From Lama guanicoe (taxonomy: Eukaryota), in assembly GCA_013239625.1 (NCBI GenBank), contig MU053482.1:4849775-4913774 (forward strand): a DNA stretch of 64,000 bases, given 5' to 3'. Shown here in pieces: positions 1 to 12,794 of the stretch. The position numbers were made by a program, and so were the translations under genes. The notes beneath the pieces were generated by a model. The model did not search any database and was not told the origin of the DNA. It saw only the letters and a list, made by a program, of their open reading frames with translations. Positions within the stretch are counted from its first letter, which is position 1. Every line of letters starts with the position of its first letter.

Positions 1-29
1 TTTGGATCTAAAATCTGCGTGAATGGACA

Positions 30-170
30 AGGGTCAAATTCCTTACCTTCCTCAAGCCTCAATTTTGTTTCCCATAAATGTGATTGATGCCTGCCTACCA
101 GGAGGGCTGTGATGATTAAATGAGGTCAAGTGTGAAACGTGGTTATAGTGGGTGACTCAGGAAACGCTTT
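30..170 (+). mobile_element. MIR SINE fragment
   Basis: Degenerate MIR core (aagcctcaattttg...gtgatgattaaatgag); boundaries approximate. Confidence 0.6.
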
Positions 171-2069
171 GCATCCAGTTGTGTCCAGTGAGCAAGCAGC
201 AGCCAGGGTCCCCAACCCAGAGTTCAGAGCTGTGGTCTCTCAACCAGTGAGTGGAAGGTGAACCCTAAGAGCCATGTTCTTATGAGGACAGGAACTGATG
301 GGAAAAGGGTATGAGGTTGGTGCGGGAAAGACTGGAGAGTATTAGCAGCCACACAGGGTGTAATTTAGTCAGATACAGGAGAACTTACCAGCAGTGGTCC
401 AGAGTTTATCCCTGCACTGGGATGAGAAAATTCTAAGAGTCCATTGGAAAGAAATTTGGATTTGCCCAGAAAGCTGCAGTGTCAGCTTTCCAGATATTCT
501 TTACCACCACGGAAGAAAGTATGTTGGTTTCACCCATTTAGAATGACAACGTAAGCACCACTTTTCCCTCCAGCCTTCCTGAGAGTCAGAGCTGGGCACC
601 AGCAGCCTCCAGAGGGCCCCAGGGCTGTCAGGCTGCCCTCCTGGCCAGGAGCCCCTCGCTGCCCCATTGATGGGGCTCCCACTTAACCCCTAGTCCTTGA
701 AAATAGCCCCATGTGTGGAAACACTGGCAGGACTCTGGAACTGAGGATCAAACCTTTAGAGAGATCAACGTCAAGGGCAGCTCCAACACCTGTGAGAAGG
801 GAGGCGGGAAGAACTGAGTACCTGCTGTGTGCCCAAACCAGATAGACTAGGAACCTTGAGACTGTGAGGAGAGGCCAGGCGTCTACCAAGGCTTGTTTCC
901 ACGCAGGAGGTGGGTTGGATTCTTTTCTGCAGCCCCAGCTGTGACCTGGTCCTCAGCATTGCTCAGCAATTCTCAGTTCATCCTGTGTCAGCATCCTCCT
1001 CCAGTTCCCACTGTGGCTGATCCACGCCTCCACCACAGCTGCCTCCTTCTGAGCAGATGGCCTCCCTCAGTGCTCTGGGGAAGAGGAGCCACTGGTAGGC
1101 CCTCCCCTTCCAGCACTTCTCCTTCCTCCTGCACTCGCCTCTCCCCAAGTACTCCTTCCTTCCTCCCAACCCACTGTCAGAGGGAGGCAGAGCTGGCCAC
1201 TTCCTCTCCAGTTCTAGTCCCTCTTGGTTTCCTTCCCTCCTTTTTACCTGCCCCAACCCCTCCAATCCTCTGATCTTGCCCATTACTTTTCTTTATGGCA
1301 AATTATTTATTCTAGAAAGAGGCAACGTAGATTTTGCCTGTGCTTCTCACTCATGCCACCTTCCACTGTGGTCTGATTTCTCCCCCACCGCTGGGCTAGA
1401 GATTCTCTCCAGAAGCTTCCTAACCCTCCAGTGCCCTGGCCCCTTGCAGTCTTCATATTCTCAATCTCCGCATGGGATCTGGTATGCTTGGTCCCTCCCC
1501 TCTTGGCTTTCAGACTGCAGCCCAGACCCCGCTGCCCCCAACCATCAGGCCCTGCCCCATTCCGTTTACTCACGTTTCCTCCATTGGAGGGTGTGTTTCG
1601 TATCTCCTGGGCCTACCATGGCACCTGGCACAGTGTAGATGTTCAGTAAATGTTAAATGAGTGAAACCCATAGACTACAGAGGACTCACAGAACATTTGA
1701 AACGTCGTGCTCTGCAGAAATATATTTGGAGGCATACCCTTTTTTGCTCAATGGCAGGGAATGAAATAGAGAAACAAGGGGACACTCACTGGGGCAGTTT
1801 AGGAGACGGGGTAGGAGGTGGGAAACCCCCAGCCCAGCTTTATGGGGAGGATTCCCCACCCCACCCTTACCCTGGGTGGCTGAGAGTTCAGGCAGAGCTC
1901 CCCTCAGGGTGAGCCATTTGATCTCTGACTTTACCCACTGGCCCTTTCCTCTCTCTCTGCTTACTTTTCTTTCTATCTTTATCTTATCAAACCCACAACC
2001 CGGCTCTGGAAGGAGGCAGGAAAGAGAGAGCCACCATCATTATAGCATGATCTGACAGCTAGAGCCTAG

Positions 2070-2260
2070 TCTTGGAATCAGATGGGTCTGGGTCCACATT
2101 CTAGTTTTGCTACTGTGTGAGCCTGAACAAGTCACTTAGCCTCGTTGAGCCTCAAACTTCTCATTTCTAAAATAAGAATAGTTATCCCAAAAGGCCCCTG
2201 TAAGGATTAAATGAGAGAATACATAGTGCTTGACACAGAACTGGTGCTCAGTAATGATCG
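2070..2260 (+). mobile_element. MIR SINE
   Basis: tgtgtgagcctgaacaagtcacttagcctc...gagcctca...tgtaaggattaaatgaga. Confidence 0.75.
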
Positions 2261-2269
2261 TTATCTGTA

Positions 2270-2766
2270 CAGGCATACCTTGGAGAAACTGCCGGTTCGG
2301 TTCCAGACCACTGCAATAAAGTGAATATCACAGTAAAGCGAGTTATACGAATTACAGTGCATATAAAAGTGATGTTTACACTATACTGTAGTCTATTCAG
2401 TGTATATGTATAATAATGTCTAAAAAGTACATTCCTTAACTTAAGGAATTAAAATTTAAATTTTTTAAATTTATCACTAAAAAATGCTAACATCACCTGA
2501 GCTTTTAGTGAGTTATAATATTTTGTAATGGTAACATCAAAAATCATTAATCACAGATCACTATAACAAGTATAATGAAAAGGTTTGTGTTATTGCTAGA
2601 ATTACTACAACATGACACAGACACAAAATGAGTAAATGCTGTCAGGAAAAAAATGGGACCAGTAGACTTGCTTGATGCAGCGTTACCACAAATCTTCAAT
2701 TTGTAAAAAATGCACTATCTGAGAGGCACAATAAAGCAAAACACAGTAAAACGAGGTAGGCTCGTG
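2270..2766 (-). mobile_element. Tigger1-derived non-autonomous DNA transposon (about 500 bp internal deletion derivative)
   Basis: TA + CAGGCATACCT terminal repeat at left, degenerate GAGGTAGGCTCGTG + TA at right; both ends match Tigger1 termini as I recall them. Confidence 0.85.
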
Positions 2767-2876
2767 TATTGCTATGCTCAGAGATCACTGAGCAGTGATT
2801 ATATAGTATTCTGTATACAGGAGGCACTCAGACATTGCTGCTGACAGTTGGTCTCTTCCCCCTTCCCTTCTAACAG

Positions 2877-2993
2877 GTATTCGTCAGTTGCAGCTCATCC
2901 TATTCAAGGTGGCCTTGATATTGGGGGTTGAAATCCATGTGAATGTGGAGTTTGTGAAGGTTCTAGAGCCTCCTGAAGATCAAGAAAATCAAA
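2877..2993 (+). CDS. MICAL2: MICAL2 coding exon, monooxygenase domain ([40 protein letters not shown])
   Basis: Acceptor cccttctaacag, donor gtacag; 117 nt, phase 1-1. Confidence 0.95.
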
Positions 2994-4343
2994 GTACAGT
3001 ATAATTTTCCTTTTGGTCTAGAAGTCAGATATTGCAAAATGGAAATCACACTGCAGCTCCCAGGGAATGTTTCTATAAGAATAATTCTTATCGGGAGCTG
3101 TGACATAATTCCATCAGAGGCTATTTTAACTTTTTGGACCATTGCTGTCAGATACTTTGGGTTGGCTCTTCAGCTCCCAGGGGATTAATTAAGCCATTAA
3201 ACCTGTAATTTGGTTACCCAGTCATTAGGAGGCAGTACTTTGACAAGTGAAGTCTAGGTAGTAAGTAGGGGAGAAGGCATAGAGTTGATTGATGAAGTTT
3301 ATTCATGTGCTCTTCAAGCTGTGTGTATACATACATAAATATGTAGACACACTTGTACCCATATGATATCTTAAAATCCAGTAAAGAAAGGGAAGTTTCT
3401 AGAGCATATATGAAGTAAGTATTCAAAATATTATTTGGTATAGAATATTTTTAAGCTTCATTGAAAAATAATTTACAAACCACAAAATTCATCCATTGTA
3501 GATATGTCTTATTTAGTAATTTTTCTCTTGTTCCTTTTAGGATTTGTATAAATTCTGTTCTTTCATATACACTGGTTAGAGAGTTTGTTCCTTTATCTTA
3601 CTTATTACCAGACTCTGCTGCTGCTGGGCAGGGTTTTCAGTTTATGGTCGAACTTAGCGTCAGAGACCTCATAGTTTCACACGGAGGTTACAACTCCAGT
3701 TTCTCCAGTCCTCTGCCCAGAATGTCGAGCATTGAGGGGTGGTGCTAGTTGGCTTTTGTGGCAGGACAGCATCTGTAATTTAACTTTGAGACCTGCATGC
3801 TCTTAACCTTTCTCAGACCCCTGGTGGATGTTAAGTCCTAGCTGTAGGTAACCAGCAAGGATTCACCTGAAAGTGGTTCCATGAGTGATTGTGTATTGCC
3901 CAACAGAATCGCTTAAGTGTGATAACTGGTTTCATTGCACCATGCACATCCTTTTGGGTCTGTTTAGCAATGAGAGGGCGGTGAGGAACATGGGGGATAC
4001 GAAGACAACATAGTGGAATCTGTTGAGATAAATAAGGTGCAGGTGAGACTTCATGTTGAGATTCGTTGCAGATAGACTCCCAGCCTTTAAAGAAATCAGT
4101 AAAACCAGGCATGGAATTGGCACTGCTGGTTTACCTTGCTCTGGATTGAACAGAAACTAAAGCCAGAAGGACTGCAGATTCAAGTGCGAATCCGAGCGGT
4201 TTGGGTCTTTCCACTGGAGGTTCTGTCTGGGGTGCCTAAACCTGGTGACATTTTCCCTTTCTCACGGTCAACACAGAGAGGGTGTAATCACTCCCTCCTC
4301 CCATCTCTCACTGCCAACTCATCTCATTTTTCTGTCCTGGCAG

Positions 4344-4445
4344 AAATTGGCTGGCGGGCAGAATTTCTCCCTGCAGACCACTTCCTGTCGGAGTTTGAGT
4401 TTGATGTTATCATTGGTGCCGATGGCCGCAGGAACATGCTGGAAG
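4344..4445 (+). CDS. MICAL2: MICAL2 coding exon ([34 protein letters not shown]), FAD-binding DG motif
   Basis: Acceptor tcctggcag, donor gtgaag; 102 nt, phase 1-1. Confidence 0.96.
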
Positions 4446-5604
4446 GTGAAGACTCTTCTTCTTGGGGCTGAGGATGGGGGTCAGGGGTAGGAGGGGGTGT
4501 ATCGGGAAGGAGGTAGAGAAAAGGCCAAATGGCAGATGCCAAAGCTGAAGGGGGTCTTGATACAAAGGCAGACCGCCCTGCCGTGCCTGAGGCTGAGTGT
4601 TTAGAGAACAGCTATTGAATTCTCCCTGAACCTTTGTTTTCCCAACTGTCAGTGTGGGTTATAGAACCTCTCGGAGCATCACTGTAAGGGCTGGGAGGGG
4701 ACTCATATGTAAAATGCCATGGAAATGAAAAAAAAAAATCAAGGTACATTTATTGAGCACCTGCCAGTGTACAAGCCATGGTGCTAAGCACTTTCATACT
4801 TCGTCCAACTAAGGGAACCATATTTATACTATTGATGGTTTACCGTGAAGTATAATAGTCCAGAAGGAGGACTCCATCTCTTCCCATAACTTTCAAGCAC
4901 ACTGACTAGGCATTAAGATCAGTTTTTCCCGACCTGTCAAGGTACAAAACCATGCTTCTCTGAATTCTAAATTTGGAAGCGTTAACATGTTTTTCAGGGA
5001 AGAATCTCATCAGATTCAGAGAGGAACCCTGTTGCCAGGAAATGCTTTATCACCTCCACCCCAGCCCCATGGTTAATTGGTGCACAGGTTATACTGATTT
5101 GGACTAACTGTACTAATTTGAGACCATGGGTTGTGGGCAGAGTGGTCCCACGTGGCATCTCTTGGGCTGGGGATAGGTCTGCTTCTCAAGCTTGCCCTGC
5201 TCAAGGGCTGCAGGCCACAGATGCCTGCCTGGGAGGGCACCTTCTCTGAGGACAGAGCACCCACCCTGAACTAGGACTGATCTTAGAGAACTCAGGATGT
5301 GTGGTCCCCCAAGCTCGGGCCCTTCCCACCAGCCGTGCACCCGGTGTTCCTTTCCCCTCTTGCCTTACACACCCACTCCCCACCCCCAGCAATCAATAAC
5401 CAATATTGAACAAAGAAGTTTTAAGCTGCCAACCTGAATGTTATTGTTAGAGTTTATAAGGCCATTCTGATGGTTTGAGAAAACAGTAAGTCTGGATATA
5501 AAAATCCAGGACCATGTTTAGCCTGAGGGTGGTTTGGCATTTTGTGAACATGAAAAGTGGGTCAGGAAGGAGAATGATTTGAGCTGTTTAGGACCACGTA
5601 AGCA

Positions 5605-6199
5605 TATTGCCGAAATATCCCTGATGAGCCCAATAACCCAGGGACAAGATCTTGGGGCTTAGAAGAAAAGAGGCAGCTTTATTGCTTTGCCAGTCAAAGA
5701 GGACTCACAGCAGGCTAGTGCCTTCAAGCTGTGAACCCACCTTGGGGATGGGGCAGGGTGGTTATATAGCCATAGCTCAAACAACAAAGCATTGATAACA
5801 ATCAACAGATTTATTTTCTTCTCATAAGACTCAGAGGGGCATCATGATGTCTCCAGATGACCAAGGCTATAGAGGCTAGTGGTTGTCACTCTTTTCGTCT
5901 CTTTATCTTATAAGCGCCCAAGGTGTGGTCTTCTTGGTACTTCAGGCTATTTTGTAAGGTCACAGTCCTGTGACCTTCTCCTTGGAGAAGGACTCAGAGA
6001 CCAAGCATGATTATTACTTTCGATTACTGGAATAAAGTAGAAACAGTAAGATCAATAGCTTTAGTTTTAACAGTGGGCCTGGAGCTGTGGGTAGCAACCA
6101 GTTGGTCAGGTTTGTTGATCGTTCTAAGGGAAAGCATAAAGAATTAAAGAATAAGCAATCTGTTAGCCTAAGTGTGGCCATTTTATTAATTCTCCTTCA
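5605..6199 (-). mobile_element. Solo LTR, ERV1-like, antisense to MICAL2
   Basis: 4-bp TSD AGCA (5601-5604, 6200-6203); ends TA(TG-like)...CA; minus-strand AATAAA (5678-5683) and TATA box (5762-5768). Confidence 0.7.
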
Positions 6200-6210
6200 A
6201 GCAGACTAGA

Positions 6211-6417
6211 GCCAGGTTCTCAATCGGCATGGCTGGCATCTGGGGCTAGATAATTCTGTGCCTCAGGGGCTGTCCTGTGCACTGCAGGGTGCTTCACGGC
6301 CTCCCTGGCTTCCACCCACTAGACATGAGCAGCACCCCTGGCTGTGGCAACCAGAAACATCTCCGCACTTGGCCAAATGCCCCTGGTGGGGCAACTCACC
6401 CCCGTTAAGAAATACTA
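6211..6417 (-). mobile_element. MER20 hAT-Charlie DNA transposon
   Basis: Matches recalled MER20 reverse complement (gataattct...gggctgtcctgtgcactg...cccactaga...caaatgcccctgg). Confidence 0.85.
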
Positions 6418-6771
6418 GAGACTAATGGCCATTTTTGACCATTTCCACAAAGGTCTAATGTAGAACTAAAATGAGGGAGTATTGAATGGAAACCCAAGAT
6501 TTTTAGTCAAACAGATATTTGACAACTTTGCCAAATCACTGTGAGGCTTGAGCACGTGGTAAGAGAATGTGAGGGGAATTCCCACAGGTGCTGACGACCA
6601 TGGTTAGGTCTGCCAGCAAGACAAATGCCTTGAGTTAAGCAAAATAAACAGCAGTATCTGGGGCTGGGGGAAATTCAGGGCTGTAGGAAGACATGATAAA
6701 AAGAAATGGGATTAGGAGGAGGTGGTCTGTTGAAATAGGACCACCTGCTTGTGATTCTCTGCGTAATCACC

Positions 6772-7690
6772 TGTGATATTCATTTATTATAAAGCGATAT
6801 TGTGATTTATTATAAAGCGATACTGCGATATTGATTTATTTTAAAAATTCATTATATTAGGTCTTTGTCCCCCTTTTTGGCACAGGGTTCCCCAAACCCT
6901 TGTAATTTCCTGAGTGATGAGAGCAATATGAGCATCTTTTGTTATGATATTTGGCTTCTTGTCTGTACTTCCTGAAATTCAGATTCAGAGCCATAAAGGT
7001 GAAATGAGTGTCTTGTTATTTATAACAAGCTTCTTTGCTGCTTCTGAGTCCATGTTAACGAAGTGGCTTTGGGAAAGCACCTATGGGTGGGAGGAGACTG
7101 GTTGCCGGGGGAAGCAAGCCTGTGATTAAAGGGCTGGAAATTCCAGTCCCACCCTCTGACCTCCTGGGAGGGGAGAGGGGCTGGAGATTGAGTTCAGTCA
7201 CCAATGGTGAGTGATTTGATGAATCACACCTCTGTAATGACACCTCCGTAAAAACACAAAGGAGAGGGATTAGAGAGCTTCCGGGTTGGTGAAAATGTGG
7301 AGATTTGGGAAGGTAGCACAATTGGAGAGGGCACGAAAGCTCCAGGCCCCTTCCCCACACCTTGCCCTAAGCATCTCTTCCCTCTGACTATTCCCACGTT
7401 ATTTAGTAAGATGTTTCTGAGTTCTGTGAGCCATTCTAGAAAATAAATCGAACCCAAGGAGGGGGTCCTTGAACCTCCAATCTCTCTAGCTGGTCCATCA
7501 GCAGCACAGGTGACAACATGGGCTTACGATTGGCATCTGAAGTGGAGGGCAGTCTGGTGGGACTGAGCCCTTAACCTGTGGGATCTGATGTTCCCTCCTG
7601 GTAGATGAGTGAAAACTGAGTTGGATTCTGGGGTCCTGGAATTGCTGTTAGTGTGGGTAGGGGAAATAAAAACATTGTATTTGGGTGCAT
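6772..7690 (+). mobile_element. MER21-family LTR
   Basis: Characteristic blocks ctcctgggaggggagaggggctggagattgagtt, ctgagttctgtgagcc, gggactgagcccttaacctgtgggatctga; boundaries approximate. Confidence 0.75.
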
Positions 7691-8127
7691 AATTCTTACT
7701 GCCATTTAAAAGTGATTTCAATGTAAACCACTGAAAACTATAAGAACCTGAGGAATCATTGAACTGAATTAACTGCAAGTTAGAATTCCAGCCATTCATT
7801 ATACGTTTACTGTGTCCTTAGTACCAATCACTGTGGACTGGAAGCAGAAAGAAAATTTGTTAAAATCCCTGTTCCTCAGGATTTCGATCTCATAATCCTA
7901 CTTTTCAGAGGAAAAAAATCACGAAAAATTGTGTAAGTCTCAAGGGCATGTGTGTCTTCCATGAGGCTACCTAGCGGCAATGTCTAGCACATCTTTTAAA
8001 AGATGAGTCCTGTGATTGCCTGTTGGAGAAGCAGATTTAGCCTTTTGTTTGTGGAAGCCTAACCAGGACAATTGGTCCTACAGATTTTAGAAAAGGAAAA
8101 AGTCCCACTGACTTAGAAGTGCCCCTG

Positions 8128-8180
8128 TTGACACAACACTGTAAAATGATTATGAATCAATAAAAATGTAAAAAAAAAAA
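8128..8180 (+). mobile_element. Extremely 5'-truncated young L1 (3' tip + poly(A)) with 13-bp TSD
   Basis: TSD agaagtgcccctg at 8115-8127 and 8181-8193; AATAAA + A tail. Confidence 0.85.
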
Positions 8181-8364
8181 AGAAGTGCCCCTGACTCCTC
8201 AAGTACAAGCCTCAGTGTTTCTGCCAGCCTCTGTTCGCTAGAGATCCAGCTTGCTGCTTTCAGTGGCCTGTGGGCCATCTGAGAATAGCTTCCTCAGTAA
8301 TCTTTTTCAGTTTTCACACCAAATCCAGAAGAAAGACCCGCTTTTCCCCCTCTCCCTCATGCAG

Positions 8365-8520
8365 GGTTCAGAAGAAAAGAATTCCGTGGGAAGCTGGCTA
8401 TTGCGATCACCGCCAACTTTATAAACAGAAACAGTACAGCTGAGGCCAAGGTGGAAGAGATTAGTGGTGTGGCTTTCATCTTCAATCAGAAGTTTTTTCA
8501 GGACCTTAAAGAAGAAACAG
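8365..8520 (+). CDS. MICAL2: MICAL2 coding exon ([52 protein letters not shown])
   Basis: Acceptor ccctcatgcag, donor gtggga; 156 nt, phase 1-1. Confidence 0.96.
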
Positions 8521-9104
8521 GTGGGACCTTCACCTTTCTCCAAACCAGGCCATTGTCCATGCTTCTCTAAAGTGTACCGGGGGAGGGGGGCAGGGCTGGC
8601 TTCCCCAGCTCTTGGGGTTGGGAGACGCACTGTGATAACGTGGAAGCAGAGATTTCTCTTTAGGTTAATGATGGGCAGGATTTCTTCAAGGACAAGAGGG
8701 ATTCTGGAGGAAAAGTTCTAGATGCTGTACATGAAACTAGATAAGCGTTTATCATCAGGAGACATCTGCTGAGGGCCCATTGTATGCTAGTACTCAATAT
8801 CGTGGGATACAAAGTCAAGGCTGACACAGTGCCCTTCCAATAGTGGCTCCTTGTCCAGGGAGGGACACCCACATAAACCATCCTAATGCAGGCCGGTTGG
8901 TCTATGCCCAAGGTCAGTGTGAGGTTCAGGGAGTGCTCTGGGAGGGAGCCAGTGATTTCTAGGTGGTCCCTGAAGAAGCATTGGTGTTTTATCAGTGTGC
9001 CAGCTGCCCTCCCCTAAGGGACGTACAGGAATGTCAGGGGAACGTGACACTCACCCAGGGGCATCAGCTGTCCCCCACCCATGGGCCTTGAAGAGAGAAG
9101 GGGT

Positions 9105-9330
9105 TCATTCCTTTACTTGACAAACATTTATTGAACGCCTACTATGTGCCAAATGTTGTTTGAGGGCGTAAGATAGAGCAGTGGGCAAAACAAACCCCTT
9201 CTCTGAGCTTATATTCTGTTGGTGGGAGGGAGACCCATCAATAATCAAATAACTAACATGTAAGGTGGTCTGTAAGGATAGTGGAGGAAAAATTAAAGCA
9301 GGGTGAGCGGGGAAAAGGGTGAAGCTCCTG
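9105..9330 (-). mobile_element. L2 LINE 3' fragment
   Basis: ttcattc...caaacatttattgaacgcctactatgtgcca. Confidence 0.7.
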
Positions 9331-9707
9331 CTCCGAGTTAAGTACATTTCAGATTTTTTTTCCTCTTTCTTTTTAACCTGGTGTTAAAATATATGTTTCT
9401 CCTTGAAAAGGCAGTGTAACAGTGTTAAATACAATTTTTATACTAGAGGTAAGTTAGTAGCACCCAGCACCACCTAACCACAGGAATAGTCCCTGTCTTC
9501 ACGTAGTCCTTTTTGGTAATTTTCCACTTGCATCCTTACTTTTTACATGGCTAGAGCTTTCGTCATAGGGTCAGTGCTCTGTTATTCTGCTTTTCTCATT
9601 GAGCATCACACGATAAATATTGTCCATATCGCCTAGTCCTCCTGGGGGTCAGGTTTGGCAGAATAGCTCATGAGGTGGATGTATTGTTGCTGCTGAAGCA
9701 TTGGAGC

Positions 9708-10168
9708 CAGGGGTTGGCAAACCATGACCTGCTATGTGCTTTTTGTGTTGCCTTCAAGGTAAGATGTTAACAATGGTTTGGGGTTTTTTTGTTTGTTTTG
9801 TTTTGTTGTTGTTGTTGTTGTTGTTGTTTTATGGAAGTACTGGGGATAGAACCCAGGACCTCATTCATGCTAATTAAGCATGTGCTCAGCTACTGAGCTA
9901 TACCCTCCCCCAAGCTAAGAATAATTTTAATATTTTGGAATGGCTGCAGAAAAATCAGAAGAAGAAATTTTTGTGACAAATTGAAAATTCTATGAAATTC
10001 ACATTCCAATGTCTATAAGTAAAGGTTGCTTGGGAGACAGCCATACTGGTCTGTTTACCTCGCTGCCTGTGGCTGCCCCACCATGAATGCTTGTGACACT
10101 GACCGGATGGCTCACAAATCCCAAAATATTCATTCTGTGACCGTTTACAGAAAAAGTTTGTGGCCCTC
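9708..10168. mobile_element. MER58B-like hAT element interrupted by a SINE
   Basis: CAGGGGTTGGCAAAC end and tttacagaaaaagtttg end; internal aaattctatgaaattcacattcc block. Confidence 0.7.
9784..9911 (-). mobile_element. tRNA-Ala-derived short SINE (camelid vic-1-like) with (AAC)n tail
   Basis: Reverse complement GGGGGAGGGTATAGCTCAGT...GAGGTCCTGGGTTCTATCCCCAGTAC has Pol III A/B boxes; tail is a GTT microsatellite on +. Confidence 0.85.
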
Positions 10169-10745
10169 CAATTTAAACCTTTCAGTTATTTACTGTTACT
10201 GATAAAACTGCTTCTGTTAGATTATTTCCGTAAGATAGTTTCTGAAGAATAAGATTAGTTGCTGAGCCAGACTCTGCCTCTGACGCCACAGCGATGTGTC
10301 CACTGCATGACCCTCTGAGTGTCACCACAGTGGCATTATTATTTGTATATATGAAGTATTTCCTTCCTGCATATTATGTCCTTTTGAATGATTTAGGAAT
10401 TCTCCAACCCTCCTAACCCCTCAAAAGCCAAAAAAATAAACACTTAAGTAAACCACCAAATGTAAATTATGACAGGACGTTGAATGTGTTTTTCCAGATG
10501 TTTCAATGAGCTTCCTTTACACTTTGCTGTGATGGTCACCTTTGGCCATTGTTTGACAACAGTGCCTCTCACAGAGTGACAGTGAGGAATTTCCTCAGAT
10601 CCTCTGGGGAGGCCCTCTTCATTGATGGCTGTTTCCTATTTAACAGTAATAAAGGAGTTTCCATGGTTACCCTGCTCCACACTGTGATAACTGCTGATAA
10701 GTTGCCTTGCATCTGTTCCTTTCTCTCCCCTCAAAGAAGCAAAGT

Positions 10746-10924
10746 CAGGGGTTCTCAAAGTTAAGCATGAATCAGAATCACCTGTAAGACCTGTTCAAGC
10801 TGACCGGACCCCCAGAGTTTCCCATTCAGTAGGTCTAGGGTTGAGCCACAGTCATTTGCGTTTCTCATAAGTTCTCAGGGAATGCTGCTGCAGCTGGCTG
10901 GGGATCCCACTTTGAGAAACACGG
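10746..10924. mobile_element. MER5A hAT element
   Basis: CAGGGGTTCTCAAAGT...actttgagaaacacgg termini; atcagaatcacctg core. Confidence 0.8.
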
Positions 10925-11622
10925 ATCTAAGCTATCATCTCACAGCATTGTTTTAAATGCAGAAACCTAGTCTGTAAAGTGTTTTGTAATTGGTGGAAGT
11001 GCAAAAAGATACAACCCAGTCCCCTAATTGAGTCATTCCTATCAGGGCACCTGGGTTTTCACACACAGCAGGGGCGTGGTAGAAATATCCCTGAGCAGCC
11101 TTTGGAGAATTCACATAGCTCTTTGCTTCTCTGGCCACATGGAGGGCACTGTGGATGGGACTCGGAATCAGACGGGCTAGGGTGCAAATCCTGGTTCTGT
11201 CATCACTTAGCTGCCATGCCACGGACAGCACTGTGCCTTCCTGCAGCACACACTCAGCTCTGACTTGTAATGCTGGTCCACAGCCCTGAAGGGCTTTATG
11301 AGTTTTAAAAGGAAGAGTGGCTTAATCTTATTGCAGTATAGAAATGTATCACATCAACATGTTGTGCGCCTTGGACACTACACAATGTTGTATCTCAGTT
11401 AGCAACAGCAACAAAAAGAAATAGTATCTTTGTGGAACTTCAGAGCTAACTGGGTAAATTCTGGCACTCGATTATATCTTGCCAGCCTTGTATGTCTTAA
11501 AAGCTGACCCAACACAAATATTTTGCAGGTAAGTAGTGAGACCTGAAATGAGGCAAAGCAGGGCTCCTGACACAGTAGGCGCTGAGGAAGTAATACTGAG
11601 ACCATGAACCTTCTCTTTTCAG

Positions 11623-11723
11623 GGATTGATCTTGAGAACATTGTTTACTACAAGGACTGCACCCACTATTTTGTCATGACCGCCAAGAAGCAGAGCCTGC
11701 TCGACAAGGGTGTCATCATTAAT
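11623..11723 (+). CDS. MICAL2: MICAL2 coding exon ([33 protein letters not shown])
   Basis: Acceptor ctcttttcag, donor gtacgt; 101 nt, phase 1-0. Confidence 0.96.
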
Positions 11724-12169
11724 GTACGTATCTCTTGGCTGTGACGTCCAGACTGCCCTTCCCTCTGTGACCTGGGCTGGCAGCATCAGTGAGTGTGGGA
11801 GCAGACGTTATCCTGTCAGAGGCTGAGCAAGGAGGGAAGAGGGAAGGGACCACCCACCACTTCTTTCTCCTTAGTGGTGCATGAGTGTTGGGTGGAGGAG
11901 CCCACACTGACGATACAGGCAGAGCTGTTTCTGCGGAGAACTGGGGTGAGGATGCTGAGATTCTTCCCTGGCTGTTCATGTGAGTCATAAGCACTGAGAG
12001 GTCAGCTGAAGCTTCTCCTTCTGAGTGTCTCATTTATCCCTGTCTCCTTTTCTGGGAGGTCACACATCGTTTGGAGTTAGATGGGGGTTCCTTATCCTAG
12101 TGGACCTCGGGCACTTTCACTTGCGGCTGTCACCCTGCAGCTGCTTGTCATGGTATAGGGGAGAACTCT

Positions 12170-12340
12170 ACTGCAGCCAGACTCAAACTGAGTCTTGGCT
12201 CTGCCATGTATTAACTCAGGACTGTGACTAAGCTGCTTGCCTCTTCCGAACCTTGTCTTGTCTATAGAATAGGAATAATAGTTTCTGTCTGAAAGGATTA
12301 TTCAGAGGAATAAGTTTTAAAACATACAGAGCGCTTGGCT
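12170..12340 (+). mobile_element. MIR SINE
   Basis: tcttggctctgcca...ctgtgacta...tctatagaataggaataata. Confidence 0.6.
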
Positions 12341-12794
12341 TGCAGAGTCCCTCTATGACTCCTCTGCCTGGTTTGGACACCTGCATTTTTTTGGGGGGGG
12401 GGTCCTGCTGGCTTCCTGCCTTTGCACCTTCCTGCTTCAACAGAGAGCAGGGTGGCAAGGAAGGAGCGCCTGGAGCGGTGGGGCCAGGGCTGGAAGCTTC
12501 TTTGGTCGGGTTTCAACCCTTCCAGAGCCCTCCCCCTGTTTCTGCCACCACTGCTGCTGTAGCCTCAAGATAAGGACCGTGCAGTCCGAGGCTAGCCTAC
12601 TCTCCGGGTGTCAGCATTCACTGCTGCTTGTCAGAGAAGAATATGCCTGCCCTCTCACCACCTGTGCCTGCAGCCGGCTGGATGGCATTAGTAACCTAGC
12701 CCTCCCCCGGGCCTCCTCCACATCAGCTCAGGGCTTTACTGAGAGCTGAGTTCCTGGACAGGAGGCTGGGGTGGGTGGGTGGGGTTGGATGAAA

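Noticed and set aside
9831..9911. tRNA-Ala-like sequence (also at 48540-48614)
   Set aside because: Disrupted cloverleaf, simple-repeat tail and (for the second copy) TSDs indicate SINEs rather than tRNA genes.
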